Shown: positions 10,048 through 20,523, numbered from the stretch's first letter. The stretch: 64,000 bases of DNA from Oligoflexia bacterium (GCA_014378465.1 JACMNQ010000057.1:134103-198102), one strand, 5' to 3'. The notes: generated from the sequence alone by a model not told the origin. Numbers and translations are program-made.

Positions 10048-11169
10048 ATGAAAGCTGAGATTCTCGGTACGACTTCGAAAGCAATTGCAAAAGCCGCTGC
10101 ACTTCTCCAGGCTGGCGAAGTCGTGGGGATGCCGACCGAAACCGTGTATGGACTTGCGGGCTGCGCTTTCAATTCGTCCGCTCTCGCAAAGATCTTTGAA
10201 ACCAAGGAACGTCCCACTTTCGATCCGTTGATCTGTCATGTGGATGCGAGCGTTCAAAACCTCGCGGATCTCGAAGCCATCGGTCTTGTGAACCCGGCCG
10301 CACTCTCCCGAGTTGCACAAGCCCGAGTTGAATCGTTGATGTACCGATTCTGGCCTGGCCCTCTCACTCTGGTACTGCCACGACATGCTCGAGTGCCGGA
10401 TCTCGTCACCGGAGGACTGGACACGGTCGGAGTTCGCATGCCTCGGCATTCAGCCGCGCAAGCGCTCATCGCTGCGGCCGGATTTCCGCTCGCAGCGCCG
10501 AGTGCCAATCGCTTCGGGCGAATCAGTCCGACGACCGCGCAAGCGGTCTTTTCAGAACTCGGAGACCGGATCCCGATGATTCTGGATGGGGGTGCCTGTG
10601 AAGTAGGACTCGAATCCACCGTACTTCTGGTGAATGCGGAAGGTGAGCTCACTCTCCTGCGCCCAGGCGGAATCTCGGAAACCCAGATCGAAGAAGTCGC
10701 TCATGCTTCCGTCATACGCGCGACCTCCCCCGACGCAGCCTTGAAGAAATCGGCCGAGCTTGCTCCCGGAATGCTCGACAGCCACTACGCTCCTTCAAAA
10801 AAACTGTATCAACTTGAAGCTTCGGTCAGTGAATTGAACAAGCTTGAAGTTGTCGGTTTGGAAACCGCTGCACTCCCTGAATCGCTCGGCCTCCTGATGC
10901 TCTCTGGAAGCGCATTCGAAGGAACTTCGAAATTTGAAGCCCTGACTGGTCGGAAAGTGATTGCTTTCACACTCAGCGAATCCGGCAACTGGTCTGAAGC
11001 TGCCCAGAACCTGTTTTCCACTTTACGCCGACTCGATGAATCGCCCGCCCTGGTTCTCTTCTGCGAACCGTGCCTGGAGACAACCGGGATCGGCCATGCG
11101 ATCGCCGACCGACTGAAACGTGCTAGCCACGGCAGCAAGCAGGTCGCTGAAGTCGCTCACAACAGGTGA
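10048..11169 (+). CDS. tsaC: L-threonylcarbamoyladenylate synthase (Sua5/TsaC, YrdC domain plus Sua5 C-terminal domain)
   Basis: YrdC motifs (TETVYGLAG, RPTFDPLICHV) and a long C-terminal domain. Confidence 0.85.
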   Translation: MKAEILGTTSKAIAKAAALLQAGEVVGMPTETVYGLAGCAFNSSALAKIFETKERPTFDPLICHVDASVQNLADLEAIGLVNPAALSRVAQARVESLMYRFWPGPLTLVLPRHARVPDLVTGGLDTVGVRMPRHSAAQALIAAAGFPLAAPSANRFGRISPTTAQAVFSELGDRIPMILDGGACEVGLESTVLLVNAEGELTLLRPGGISETQIEEVAHASVIRATSPDAALKKSAELAPGMLDSHYAPSKKLYQLEASVSELNKLEVVGLETAALPESLGLLMLSGSAFEGTSKFEALTGRKVIAFTLSESGNWSEAAQNLFSTLRRLDESPALVLFCEPCLETTGIGHAIADRLKRASHGSKQVAEVAHNR

Positions 11170-11635
11170 TGGCTCTCGACTGGGCAATGACCTCCTCTTG
11201 AAAGGCTTTGTCGGGTTTCTTCCGACAAACGCCTCCGTCGCCAATACTCATTTTGTTCGATTTTCAGCCGATTCATGCCGCTCCAGGCGTACTTTGAGAT
11301 TCGACTGCCGGTTCGGGAATGGATGAAACACGGCTCTGCTCTGCTCAATTGAGTTTTGAGCACTCGTTCTCATTCCTCTCGAGATCGTGCTTGAGGCAGA
11401 CGAAGTCCCCTTTCCAGATCACTGAGGTGAGAACGCTGAATGCCGACAAGTTTGGCCAATTGAATTTGGGTCATTCTCAGTTCCAGTCGCTTCGAATTTC
11501 ATACCCTGATGCGCCGGTCGACGTACTCACGGGTCGAATTTGAGTGACCGGAACGCCCCTTCTGATCATGCGACCATTCCAAATCCAGCCGTCACGACGG
11601 TTTTCAGCTTTCATGATCCCATGCTGAACCCAAGA

Positions 11636-12979
11636 TCATGCGAAATCCGCAATCTCCACAACTGTCCGAGATTTCAAGAGATGACTCTTTTTCCACCAGA
11701 TGAAGACGAGGGTCAGGGCGACCAGGGTAAGCCCCGAGGACAATCCCACCCAGAGTCCTTTCACTCCCCAGTGCAGTGAAAAGCAGAGGTAGACTCCCAC
11801 CGGAAGTCCCAGAGCCCAGTGACCCACCAGATTCACGTACATCGGTGAATGGGTGTCAGCGATGCCACGAAGCGCGCCGGTGCCGACGACTTGTGCGCCG
11901 TCGGACAACTGAAACAGTGCCACGACGAGAAGCAGGCTCTTCCCGACTTCAAGCACTTGCGAGTCCGTGGTGTAAATGGAGAGAATGGCATCCGGGAAAA
12001 GCAAAAGCATCACGGCTGAAAAAGCCATGAAGCCCACTCCGAGTGCAAAACCTCGCCAGCCGGTGATGCGAGCACCGCGAAAGTCATTCTTGCCCATGTG
12101 CTGGCCGACGAGAACTGCGGTGGCCGAACTGATCCCCATCGGCACCATGAACGTCATCGATGCGGTGTTGAGCACGATCTGATGAGCCGCGAGTTCAGAC
12201 GCGGTCAGTTTCGCGGCCAGCGTGGTGGAAGTCGCGAAGACGCCCACTTCGAACAGCATCTGAAGCGCAGAGGGAGTTCCGAGCCTGAGCAGAGTTTTCA
12301 TGAGGTCGCGCTCATATTGGAAAACCACTTTTTTGAAGTACTGATGGTGCTTCGCATCCCAGCGCCAGACGTAGATGGCCATCACGATCATCATGAAGCC
12401 TCGGGAAACGAATGTCGCCCAGGCCGATCCCACGGTCCCCAGTGCAGGCATGCCCCACTTGCCGAAGATCAGGGCGTAGTTGGCCAGGGCATTGAGGACA
12501 TTGGCGACGACCAGAATGACGAGAGCAGGACGCGCGATCCCGATGGCCTGAAGGTATTGTCTGAGTGCCGAGAAGACGAAGGTGGGCAGGAGGCTCCAGG
12601 CGATCACTTCCAGATAACCCTGAGTTTCGCTCAAGATCTGAGGATTGAAGCCGAAGACGGCCAAGTGGTGATTCAGAAAAAGCAGCATCACCGTCAATGG
12701 CACTGACATGATCACCGAAACGATCAACCCCTGATTGAGGACACGGTGACCCTCCTCCGTCTTTCCGGCCCCAAACGCATGGGAGATCGGGTAATCCATC
12801 CCGGTCAACAGCCCGATGCCGAAGATCATGAACCAGATGAAGATGGACGTTCCGACGCCCACGGCCCCGATCGCGGTCGGGCTCACGCGCCCGACGAAGA
12901 GAAGATCGACGAACCCCATGAGCATCAATCCCAGATAGGTCAGGACCACGGGAGTTGCGAGTTTCAACATGTTCTTCAT
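11636..12979 (-). CDS. MATE family multidrug/sodium efflux transporter
   Basis: 12-TM profile with the NorM-like N-terminus LATPVVLTYLGLMLMGFVDLLFVGR. Confidence 0.85.
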   Translation of the reverse strand: MKNMLKLATPVVLTYLGLMLMGFVDLLFVGRVSPTAIGAVGVGTSIFIWFMIFGIGLLTGMDYPISHAFGAGKTEEGHRVLNQGLIVSVIMSVPLTVMLLFLNHHLAVFGFNPQILSETQGYLEVIAWSLLPTFVFSALRQYLQAIGIARPALVILVVANVLNALANYALIFGKWGMPALGTVGSAWATFVSRGFMMIVMAIYVWRWDAKHHQYFKKVVFQYERDLMKTLLRLGTPSALQMLFEVGVFATSTTLAAKLTASELAAHQIVLNTASMTFMVPMGISSATAVLVGQHMGKNDFRGARITGWRGFALGVGFMAFSAVMLLLFPDAILSIYTTDSQVLEVGKSLLLVVALFQLSDGAQVVGTGALRGIADTHSPMYVNLVGHWALGLPVGVYLCFSLHWGVKGLWVGLSSGLTLVALTLVFIWWKKSHLLKSRTVVEIADFA

Positions 12980-13015
12980 AGTGGGGTTCTCAAAGGAGTG
13001 GATCTCGGGTGTGGA

Positions 13016-15034
13016 CTAGAGCAGATGTGAAAGTTCTTCCCAACGACTGAGCTTCGAATGAAGGTTCTTCTCCAGCGCCTTCTGTTCTTCGAGCAGCGCA
13101 TTGAGTTTCGCCTGGTCATCATAAACGGAGTCATCCGCGAGCAGATCGTGGATCACGGACTGACGACTTTCAGCCTGAGAGATCTCTTTTTCAATTTTGT
13201 CGCGTTCCTGTTCCCAGGCGCGGCGCTGATTGTTTGAAACAGCCGTTTTTTCCGAAACGGAAGCACTTGCAGAGCTGAACTGGGAAGCTGGAGCCGAGTT
13301 CAACTTCGAACTCGAAACAGGAGGGGCGACTTCTGGCATTGCCGCCAGGGAAGCCTTGGCAGGAGCCTTTTGCGGTCCTTTTTGCGCGGTCTTCTCGCGA
13401 GTCTCGAGGACCTTCTTCTGAAGGTAATCTTCATAGCCACCGAGAAGCGGAATCACGCGCGATCCACCCGGCGTCGGCTGAATCTCCAGCACGGAGTCCA
13501 CGAGCGGGGAAATGAATTCACGGTCATGCGAGACCAGACAAAGTGTTCCTTCATAGCCTCGAAGGGCGTCCAGCAAAACCCCGCGCGATTCGACATCCAG
13601 ATGATTGGTCGGCTCATCGAGAAGCAGAAAATTGGAAGGTGCGAGAAGAAGCTTTGCAAGCGCCACTCGCGCTTTTTCACCACCGGAAAGAACGCCGCAC
13701 TTCTTTTCGACCGTATCTCCCGAAAAGAGAAATGCGCCGGCAATCGCCCGAACCTGCGCAATTCCCATCTCGGGTGCAGTCTGCTCAAGCTCTTGAATGA
13801 TGGTCTTCTGAGAATCCAGGGTCTCGGCCTGCATCTGGGCATAGTAGCCCAGTTTGACGTTGTGGCCTTCCTTCACTTCCCCAGCTGCAGCTTCAATCCG
13901 ATGCCCGAGCAACTTCAGAAGTGTCGTCTTGCCGGCCCCGTTGACCCCGACGATCGCGACGCGAGCACCGCGCGGAATCACCCAGCTCAGATCCTTGAAG
14001 ATCGTCTTCTCCCCGAACCGCACACTGGCGTTCTTCAGCGTGAGCACTTCTTTTCCGCTCTGAATGGCCGGCGGAAACCGGAAGCGAACGTTGGAGCGCT
14101 CTTCCGGAAGCTCAATGAGGTCCATCTTTTCAATCTGTTTCACGCGGCTCTGCGCCTGACGCGCTTTCGTCGCCTTGGCGCCGAAGCGGTCCACGAACGA
14201 CTGAAGTTCCGCGATCTTCGCCTGCTGCCCGGCATGCTGCGCACGCAGCACGGTGAGCCGTTCGGACTTCTGAACCGCATAGGAGTCGAGATTGCCGCGG
14301 TAACTGAAGACTTTCTTTTGATCAATCTCGAGCACTTCAGTCACCATGCGGTTCAGAAAAGCCGTATCATGGCTGACCAGGAGCATGGCGCCGCGGTAGG
14401 ATTTCAGAAACTCCTCGAGCCAGAGGATGGATTCAAGATCCAGGTGATTGGTCGGTTCATCGAGCAGCAGGAGATCCGGATCCATGAGCAGGACCCGTGA
14501 AAGCGCCACACGCATGAGCCAGCCCCCGCTGAATTCCTTCAATGAACGATCGAAATCCTTCGGGGCAAAGCCCATCCCGGTCAGAATTTCCTTGGCCTTG
14601 GCTTCCAGACGGTACTCATCCAGCTGCTCAAGCTCCTCGAGAACCCGGCCATAACGTTCCAGGTCCTGCTGTTGTTCCTTCTCGGCAGCGTCAGTGGTGG
14701 TCTCGGACATGTGAGACAGCTTTTCTTCGAGCTCAATGCGCGCCTTGAGAAGACCCTCGCGTCGGCCATCAAGTCGCATGACTTCTTCAAGGATGGTGCG
14801 TCCTTCAAAACGGGGTACTTCCTGAGCCAGATGTCCGATCACCAGATGCTTCACTCGGGTGACATTTCCGGAATCCGCACTCTCCTGTCCGAGAATGATC
14901 TTGATCAGGGTGCTCTTCCCGGCCCCGTTGGGACCGATGAGCGCTACCCGCGAGCGATGATTGAGGTGAGCTTCGGCATTTTCAAAGAGGGTCTTTGAAC
15001 CATATTGTTTGGAGATATTGATGAGGTGGAGCAC
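13016..15034 (-). CDS. ABC-F family ATPase (Uup/EttA-like, two ABC domains, no TM domain)
   Basis: Two Walker A motifs (GPNGAGKST, GVNGAGKTT), two LSGG signature motifs and a C-terminal coiled-coil/low-complexity tail. Confidence 0.85.
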   Translation of the reverse strand: MLHLINISKQYGSKTLFENAEAHLNHRSRVALIGPNGAGKSTLIKIILGQESADSGNVTRVKHLVIGHLAQEVPRFEGRTILEEVMRLDGRREGLLKARIELEEKLSHMSETTTDAAEKEQQQDLERYGRVLEELEQLDEYRLEAKAKEILTGMGFAPKDFDRSLKEFSGGWLMRVALSRVLLMDPDLLLLDEPTNHLDLESILWLEEFLKSYRGAMLLVSHDTAFLNRMVTEVLEIDQKKVFSYRGNLDSYAVQKSERLTVLRAQHAGQQAKIAELQSFVDRFGAKATKARQAQSRVKQIEKMDLIELPEERSNVRFRFPPAIQSGKEVLTLKNASVRFGEKTIFKDLSWVIPRGARVAIVGVNGAGKTTLLKLLGHRIEAAAGEVKEGHNVKLGYYAQMQAETLDSQKTIIQELEQTAPEMGIAQVRAIAGAFLFSGDTVEKKCGVLSGGEKARVALAKLLLAPSNFLLLDEPTNHLDVESRGVLLDALRGYEGTLCLVSHDREFISPLVDSVLEIQPTPGGSRVIPLLGGYEDYLQKKVLETREKTAQKGPQKAPAKASLAAMPEVAPPVSSSKLNSAPASQFSSASASVSEKTAVSNNQRRAWEQERDKIEKEISQAESRQSVIHDLLADDSVYDDQAKLNALLEEQKALEKNLHSKLSRWEELSHLL

Positions 15035-15088
15035 ACCCCCACTCTAGCCGGAGACTGACCAAATGGGAATTGAGAACTGGGCGGTGAG

Positions 15089-15526
15089 TCAGACCTCTTG
15101 AAGGTGACTGCGGCCCTGAACATAGGAGAGCCACCGGGTGGCCGACTGGCCCCGAGCCCGAGTGCGAAGAGTCAGGTTGCCCAGGTAGCTCAGAGAGGCC
15201 TGGGTATAGACCGCTCTGCCCCGAATGCGATTGAGGGACACTCGGAGCTCCCCATCTTCGAAGCGCAAGTGAGAAAGAAAATCGGCAGGAGTCCAACCAT
15301 CGATTTCGGCGTATTCATCCGAAAGAGTATCTTCACCAGGGCCGGCTTCAAGAAACGCCAGGCTGGTCAGGAGAAACAGAATCGGGATGATGCTGGTTTC
15401 AGAACAATCCGGCAGATAAGCCCGCACTTCATGGACTCCGTCTCCCCCACGGGATTCGAGTACCTGGACCGTCTTGCCCATGCCTTCTTTGAGTAGTTTG
15501 AGTGTCGAAGCTTTTTCTGCGTTCAT
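15089..15526 (-). CDS. Hypothetical protein
   Basis: ORF only. No recognisable motif. Confidence 0.3.
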   Translation of the reverse strand: MNAEKASTLKLLKEGMGKTVQVLESRGGDGVHEVRAYLPDCSETSIIPILFLLTSLAFLEAGPGEDTLSDEYAEIDGWTPADFLSHLRFEDGELRVSLNRIRGRAVYTQASLSYLGNLTLRTRARGQSATRWLSYVQGRSHLQEV

Positions 15527-15611
15527 ATTTTTCTACAACTTAAGAATAAACTAAAAAAAACTGAGCGAGGGAGCGATATTTTGCTAATGCGTCGCATTTT
15601 CTTAGAATATC

Positions 15612-16550
15612 TTAGACGCCCAGCTTCAAAATCTTGATCGCCTTTTCCAGCTTCTGCGGATCGAACTGCCTGAACATCACCTGGTCAATCGTGGTGAGGG
15701 CCTTTCGTTGCCGCTCGACGAGGGTTCCCTGTCCATCAGCGACCAGTCCATCAAACGCATTTGCGATCACGACAATCCGCGCGAGGTCGTAAATTCCGCC
15801 ACCTTTGAGTTTCTTCGGATAGCCGGTTCCATCATTGAATTCATGGTGCTGCGCGATGATCAGCTTCACTTCGTTGGGAACTTTTCCTTCGGAATCGAGC
15901 AGCGCGATGCCCAGATCCACATGGGCTTTCATCTTCTCTTCCATCTTCTCCTTGGAATCGCTGTCCTCGATCTGCACTCTTGGTTTGCCGATATCATGAA
16001 GAAGTGCACCCGAACCGATGTGTTGAAGAATCAACTGGTGAGTATAGCCCATCTGCTGAGCCAGATAGACCGACAAAATACTGACATTCACCGAATGATC
16101 GACGGTTCCTTTGGAGTAACCTTGAAGCAGCGAAAGCGGCTTCACGGCGAACGGATACTTCATCACTTCATCCACCAGGCGTTTGCTCGACTCGAGAGTC
16201 TGCGCCACGATCTTGTCCGGATGGGAGGAGAGAAAGATGTCCATGGTCTTGCGATGAACATCGTCGCGGACCGCTCTGAACTTTTCGTCCTTGGCAGACA
16301 ACTTCAAAGGAACTTCTTCGGCAGCCCGCTGTGCGGACCATTGGGCGAACTTGCCTTTGTCCTCTTCGGCGATGAACAGCGTCTTGACCTTCCGGAACTC
16401 CAACCGGTCGTAGGTCATGCGGTCAATCGTGTCTCCTTCCGTGCGAAAGGTGATGAACCTGAAATTGATGAAAACATAGACGCTCGTCGGAAGCGGGTCT
16501 CCGACGACGACTTGATTGAGAAGAATCGAGAGGAAATTTTTGTCGGCCAC
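15612..16550 (-). CDS. HD-GYP domain phosphodiesterase (likely c-di-GMP)
   Basis: HD motif (LLHDIGK) and the HHEFNDGTGYP GYP motif. Confidence 0.8.
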   Translation of the reverse strand: MADKNFLSILLNQVVVGDPLPTSVYVFINFRFITFRTEGDTIDRMTYDRLEFRKVKTLFIAEEDKGKFAQWSAQRAAEEVPLKLSAKDEKFRAVRDDVHRKTMDIFLSSHPDKIVAQTLESSKRLVDEVMKYPFAVKPLSLLQGYSKGTVDHSVNVSILSVYLAQQMGYTHQLILQHIGSGALLHDIGKPRVQIEDSDSKEKMEEKMKAHVDLGIALLDSEGKVPNEVKLIIAQHHEFNDGTGYPKKLKGGGIYDLARIVVIANAFDGLVADGQGTLVERQRKALTTIDQVMFRQFDPQKLEKAIKILKLGV

Positions 16551-17574
16551 CTACCCAGTGTAGGCAGCCTCACAAAAACTGTCTAGTTCAGAGGTCACTT
16601 TGTTTCATCGCTCAAACTGCAATGAAGCGACAGTGAAGTGTCAAATTATTGGAGCTTCCAGACTTCAGTTCCGGAAACGTTTGCGTCACCGCCCGTGAAT
16701 GGCTCCCCGCTTGTAGATGAAGTAGCTGCTGCCGGTGCTGGATCCACAGGAGATGCGAGTCCCTTCGCAGGTGATCGACTTCACATCCCACTGGAGAGGG
16801 GTGGCGACGATGGGTGGACCAGGCAAGGAATCCAGCGCCCAGTTTCCCGATCAAATGCGACTGCGTGAAACTCGTGGCTTTTCGGTACTGTATTTCAAAG
16901 AAATTGGAGTCGCCCCGAAACCGGTATCCTTCGCAGTCCAGATGATATTGGTACCAACTCCCCCCGGGACTGTCTGACCTCCCGTCAGTGAAGTCAGGGC
17001 GGCATAGCGAGTGGTGCCTCCGACATCCACGGCAATGCGAGTGCCTGCGGAAGCATTTGCCGGCAATTGCCTCTGGAGTTGAGATCGAACTTTGAAATGA
17101 AGAGTGAGCACTGGAAGCGAATTGGATCCGTCACGAAGGAAGCACTCGCGCTTTGCGGTGTGCTCATTCTCTGCGTGCCCTCACTCGCAATTTCCGGAAT
17201 CATCGGAGGTCACCGGCGGTATGTCGTGAGAATGCCGTCAAACCGCTCGGCAATATTCAAAAGGAGCGGATCATCGTGAAATTCATCCCACCCCGCCACC
17301 AGTCGCAGCACCTCCGCCGCCTTCCAGGATTCCGAAAAGCAATCACTCTTCTACAGCCGGCGTCAGCCTTTCCTCAATCGGTTATTCCCAGACGGGACTC
17401 ACCCCTTTCAAGGAGTTCGCACTCACGGGCAAGGTTGGCGTACGCTGGGATTTTGCGGGCGGCATCTTTTTCACCGCTCTTCCGTTCGCGACCAACAGTC
17501 CGGAAAAAGTGACGCTTTCGTTCTTCGGCTTCAACGCGAGAACGGGCTATCCACTGCCTTGACTCAAACGCCCG

Positions 17575-17847
17575 TTGAAATCCACTTTCATGACCGGGAT
17601 CTGCATCACTTCAGCGGATGTGCTGTTGACCCACTTCTCCCATGAGGCCTTTGAAAAATGCACGCTTCCCCCCGTATTTCTCGAACCTGGAATTCGACAG
17701 GACCAGATCATGAAGCTTTTTCAACGCAGGCAGGGGCATCTGGCCATTGTGAAGGATCCCAAAACCCAAACCAACCTCGATATCGTGACAATGGAGGACG
17801 TATTGGTCAGCTTAGTCGCCGATATCTTTGATGAACATGGCAATTGA
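17575..17847 (+). pseudogene. Remnant of a CorC/HlyC-family (CBS-pair) gene; only the distal CBS segment remains
   Basis: QGHLAIVKDP....NLDIVTMEDVLVSLVADIFDEHG matches the end of the CBS pair and the linker of CorC/TlyC proteins. It is followed by a stop, and the transporter-associated domain is absent. Confidence 0.5.
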
Positions 17848-17914
17848 CAAGCTGCCGGAGTGCCGAGTATGTTCGCACCTGTTCCTCAGACCGCAAGTTC
17901 AGAGGACGCCATAT

Positions 17915-17990
17915 TGGAGTGTAGCTCAGTGGCAGAGCACGCCCTTCACACGGGCGGGGTCGTAGGTTCAACCCCTATCACTCCAACCAT
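17915..17990 (+). tRNA. tRNA-Val (anticodon CAC)
   Basis: Hand-folded cloverleaf. The 7-bp acceptor stem TGGAGTG/CACTCCA is perfectly paired. U8-A9, D-arm GCTC-AGTGGCA-GAGC, anticodon stem CGCCC/GGGCG with loop TTCACAC (U33, A37), T-arm GTAGG-TTCAACC-CCTAT, discriminator A73, and an encoded CCA. Confidence 0.85.
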
Positions 17991-18038
17991 CAATGAAAAA
18001 GGTCAGCTAGCGAAAGCGAGCTGGCCTTTTTCGCGTTC

Positions 18039-18512
18039 TCACTGCTTGCTCGGCTCGGTCGAATTATCGTTCCGCAGCTTTTCGTCCATTTCTTTACCTG
18101 AAAAGTAATCAGAGTAGGCCTGATGGAGACTGCGATCGTGTACTTCGCGAACCACGATTTCCTTTGCCGTCATCGGCGAATGGATTTTTCGAGTAATTGC
18201 GGGTAGCCGATGAAATACGACTAGCAAAACAAGAGCTGGAGCTAAAGCCACAAGCCATCTATTGACTGAAAAGCTCGCGCGAAACCTATTCCAAAACATT
18301 GATGCCCCGATATAGACCATTCCAAAGAACAGAATCGCGTCGGCAAGCACAGCAACAAGGAGAGCCGGAGACAGGCCGTGAGGATAGAAGTAAACCCGCC
18401 CATCTTGCCATTCTAAAAATGGCAAAGACACGAGCTCACAGAAGCCAACGAAGAAGAAAAACACTTGGTCCATGCTCAAGCAGGCACGCTTACTTTTAGC
18501 TTTTTCTCTCAT
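18039..18512 (-). CDS. Hypothetical membrane protein
   Basis: Several hydrophobic helices. AT-richer than the surrounding sequence. No known domain. Confidence 0.35.
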   Translation of the reverse strand: MREKAKSKRACLSMDQVFFFFVGFCELVSLPFLEWQDGRVYFYPHGLSPALLVAVLADAILFFGMVYIGASMFWNRFRASFSVNRWLVALAPALVLLVVFHRLPAITRKIHSPMTAKEIVVREVHDRSLHQAYSDYFSGKEMDEKLRNDNSTEPSKQ

Positions 18513-18600
18513 GCCGCTAGCTTCAGCAAAACTTCATTGATCACGGTTTGGTAGCAATCCGGCGTCGCCGGAACTGGGATCACCTGCTCCCAACGTCGTC

Positions 18601-18891
18601 ATGCTCGGTTTTCTCATCTGGCTTCAGGTCATGTATGTGACGATGGTTTATGGACCGATCGCAGCGTTTCTCGTGGAGCTCTTTCAAACCAGTATTCGCC
18701 ACACTTCGATGTTCCTGCCCTACGACATCAGTAACGGCGTTTTCGGTGGGATCGCTCCTCTCCTCGGAATCTATCTGATCGCGATCGCCTTCATGACTTT
18801 CGTGATCGGGTGCATTTTCGTGCCGGAAACCCATCACAAAAAGCTGTCAGATACCCATGAGGACTTGCCCCTGCAGAAGTCGGGCAACTGA
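18601..18891 (+). pseudogene. C-terminal fragment of an MFS transporter (ProP/metabolite:H+ symporter-like)
   Basis: YGPIAAFLVELFQTSIRHTSMFLPYDISNGVFGGIAPLLG matches the last TM segments of MFS ProP-type symporters. Only about 96 aa remain, with no upstream partner. Confidence 0.5.
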
Positions 18892-18922
18892 CGCGTTTTC
18901 AACGAGCGTGATCATGTAGTCA

Positions 18923-19459
18923 TCAGCCCTGGGTCCCTTCGACAAGGTCTTTCATCAGGGCTGCGCGCAAGCGTTCTCGCAGTCCTTCGGGATCCTTCAC
19001 CGGAAGGAAGAGCCCGCCGAGTCCGTCGTAGATCTGGTGGACCTCTTCAGAAGTGAGCTTCCTGTAATTCAGTTCAGTCCCCCAGGCGTTGCCCCATTGC
19101 TGACGCTTGAACTTGTAAGGCCACAAACGCCCAGTCTTCACTCCCCAGTACATCAACTTGGCGATTTCACAGGCTCCCGCTTCGCAAACACAGCCTTCCA
19201 ACTTCAGATCGGCGCGCTTCCGAGCCTGCAGGGTACCTCCGGCCCAGAATGTCAGATCATGCTCCACACAGCAGTCACGCCAGAGGTCCGGAGCCTGAGG
19301 GGTTCCATTGAAGAACAGGCTGCAGTAATCGGTGCCAAACGGATTCGGGGGTTCAGCGGCCGCACTGCTCGTCATGCCGCCAGGAATGCCGCCAGGAATG
19401 CCGATGAGCATGCCACTGGCGAGAACCGTGAAAAGCGTTTTCCGGACTGGATTTTTCAT
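18923..19459 (-). CDS. Secreted cysteine-rich protein with a CCxxHD motif (possible prokaryotic phospholipase A2-like fold)
   Basis: Signal peptide. A DCCVEHDLTFWAGG His-Asp dyad within a Cys-rich core (CC, C-x-C). Confidence 0.4.
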   Translation of the reverse strand: MKNPVRKTLFTVLASGMLIGIPGGIPGGMTSSAAAEPPNPFGTDYCSLFFNGTPQAPDLWRDCCVEHDLTFWAGGTLQARKRADLKLEGCVCEAGACEIAKLMYWGVKTGRLWPYKFKRQQWGNAWGTELNYRKLTSEEVHQIYDGLGGLFLPVKDPEGLRERLRAALMKDLVEGTQG

Positions 19460-19461
19460 TT

Positions 19462-20523
19462 TCAGTTCTCGGGACTTTCACGGTCTGCCAGAAGTTCACT
19501 CCATGGCTGAAGTGCGGGTACGGCATTGAAGCAGATGCGAATCACGCCGAGTATCGGAACGCTGAGAAACATTCCCCAGACTCCCCACATCAGACCACCG
19601 GCGAACAATCCCACGAAACTGGAAAGAGCGTTGATGTTCAGCCGACTCCCGACCATTTTTGGAGTCAGGTAGTTTCCTTCGAGGAGATTGAAGACGACCA
19701 GGCAAGCCACCATGCCGAGGATTGACCCCAGAGAATGCCCAGTCGCGATGGCGACTGCAAGAGTGGGAATGAGCGCGATGATGAACCCCACGGCCGGAAC
19801 CAGAGTGAACACTCCGAGAAGTGCGCCGAGAAAAACGCTGTATTTCAGTCCAAAAATGGCCAGCGCCGCTGCACTCAGGCCCCCGATGATGCCCACAATC
19901 AGCATGCGCGCGGTGAGAAAATGCTGGATGAGCGACACCACGTCATCAAGAAGTCGAGTTTCCCTGAATGAAGCGCTTCGCGAAAGAATACGCTCTCCCG
20001 AACGTCTGAGCTGGACCCGGGAGGCCAGCATGAGAATCGAAAAAATCAGGATCAGCGCCCCCTGAGATCCGGCATTGAGCAGGGCCGCCAGGCCGCCGAC
20101 GACGAAAGCCAGTCCCTCTCCTGCGCCGCTGGAAACTTTTTGAAAAACATCCTGGACTTCGAACTTCTCCATTCCAAGACGCATTCCAAGCGAACCTCGC
20201 GTGAAAGCGGTCAGATGCTCCTGACCCGATTGCATCAGGTGCGGAAAATCCTGCACGAGTCCCTGTCCCTGTCTCACAAGCAGGTAACCCACGAGGAAAA
20301 GTGGACTCACCATCACAACCGCGCTGAGCGCAATGGAGAGGACCTCGGGGATTCGCAGATGTTTTCGAAGGAGCTGATGCAAGGGCGCCATGAGAAAGCC
20401 AAGCAGTCCAGCAAGGCACAGCGGAATGAAAAAACTTTTCGCTTCCGCCAACCCCCACAGAAGGACAATCAGATAAGCGGCGGTCTTCAGTCCATCTCCA
20501 TCCGAACTGCTCTTGATCTGCAT
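19462..20523 (-). CDS. AI-2E family transporter (PerM/UPF0118)
   Basis: LEGNYLTPKMVGSRLNINALSSFVGLFAGGLMWGVWGMFLSVP signature. Start set at the internal ATG (MQIKSS), giving about 353 aa. Confidence 0.8.
   Translation of the reverse strand: MQIKSSSDGDGLKTAAYLIVLLWGLAEAKSFFIPLCLAGLLGFLMAPLHQLLRKHLRIPEVLSIALSAVVMVSPLFLVGYLLVRQGQGLVQDFPHLMQSGQEHLTAFTRGSLGMRLGMEKFEVQDVFQKVSSGAGEGLAFVVGGLAALLNAGSQGALILIFSILMLASRVQLRRSGERILSRSASFRETRLLDDVVSLIQHFLTARMLIVGIIGGLSAAALAIFGLKYSVFLGALLGVFTLVPAVGFIIALIPTLAVAIATGHSLGSILGMVACLVVFNLLEGNYLTPKMVGSRLNINALSSFVGLFAGGLMWGVWGMFLSVPILGVIRICFNAVPALQPWSELLADRESPEN

Noticed and set aside
13370-14500. 376-aa plus-strand ORF
   Set aside because: Antisense to the ABC-F ATPase, which has two Walker A/LSGG sets. 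Spurious.
15708-16586. 292-aa plus-strand ORF
   Set aside because: Fully antisense to the HD-GYP gene (HD and GYP motifs present on the minus strand). No recognisable motif.
17915-17990. tRNA on the minus strand
   Set aside because: Only the plus strand gives the U8-A9/GCTC-AGTGG D-arm and TTCAACC T-loop signatures. The minus-strand reading lacks them.
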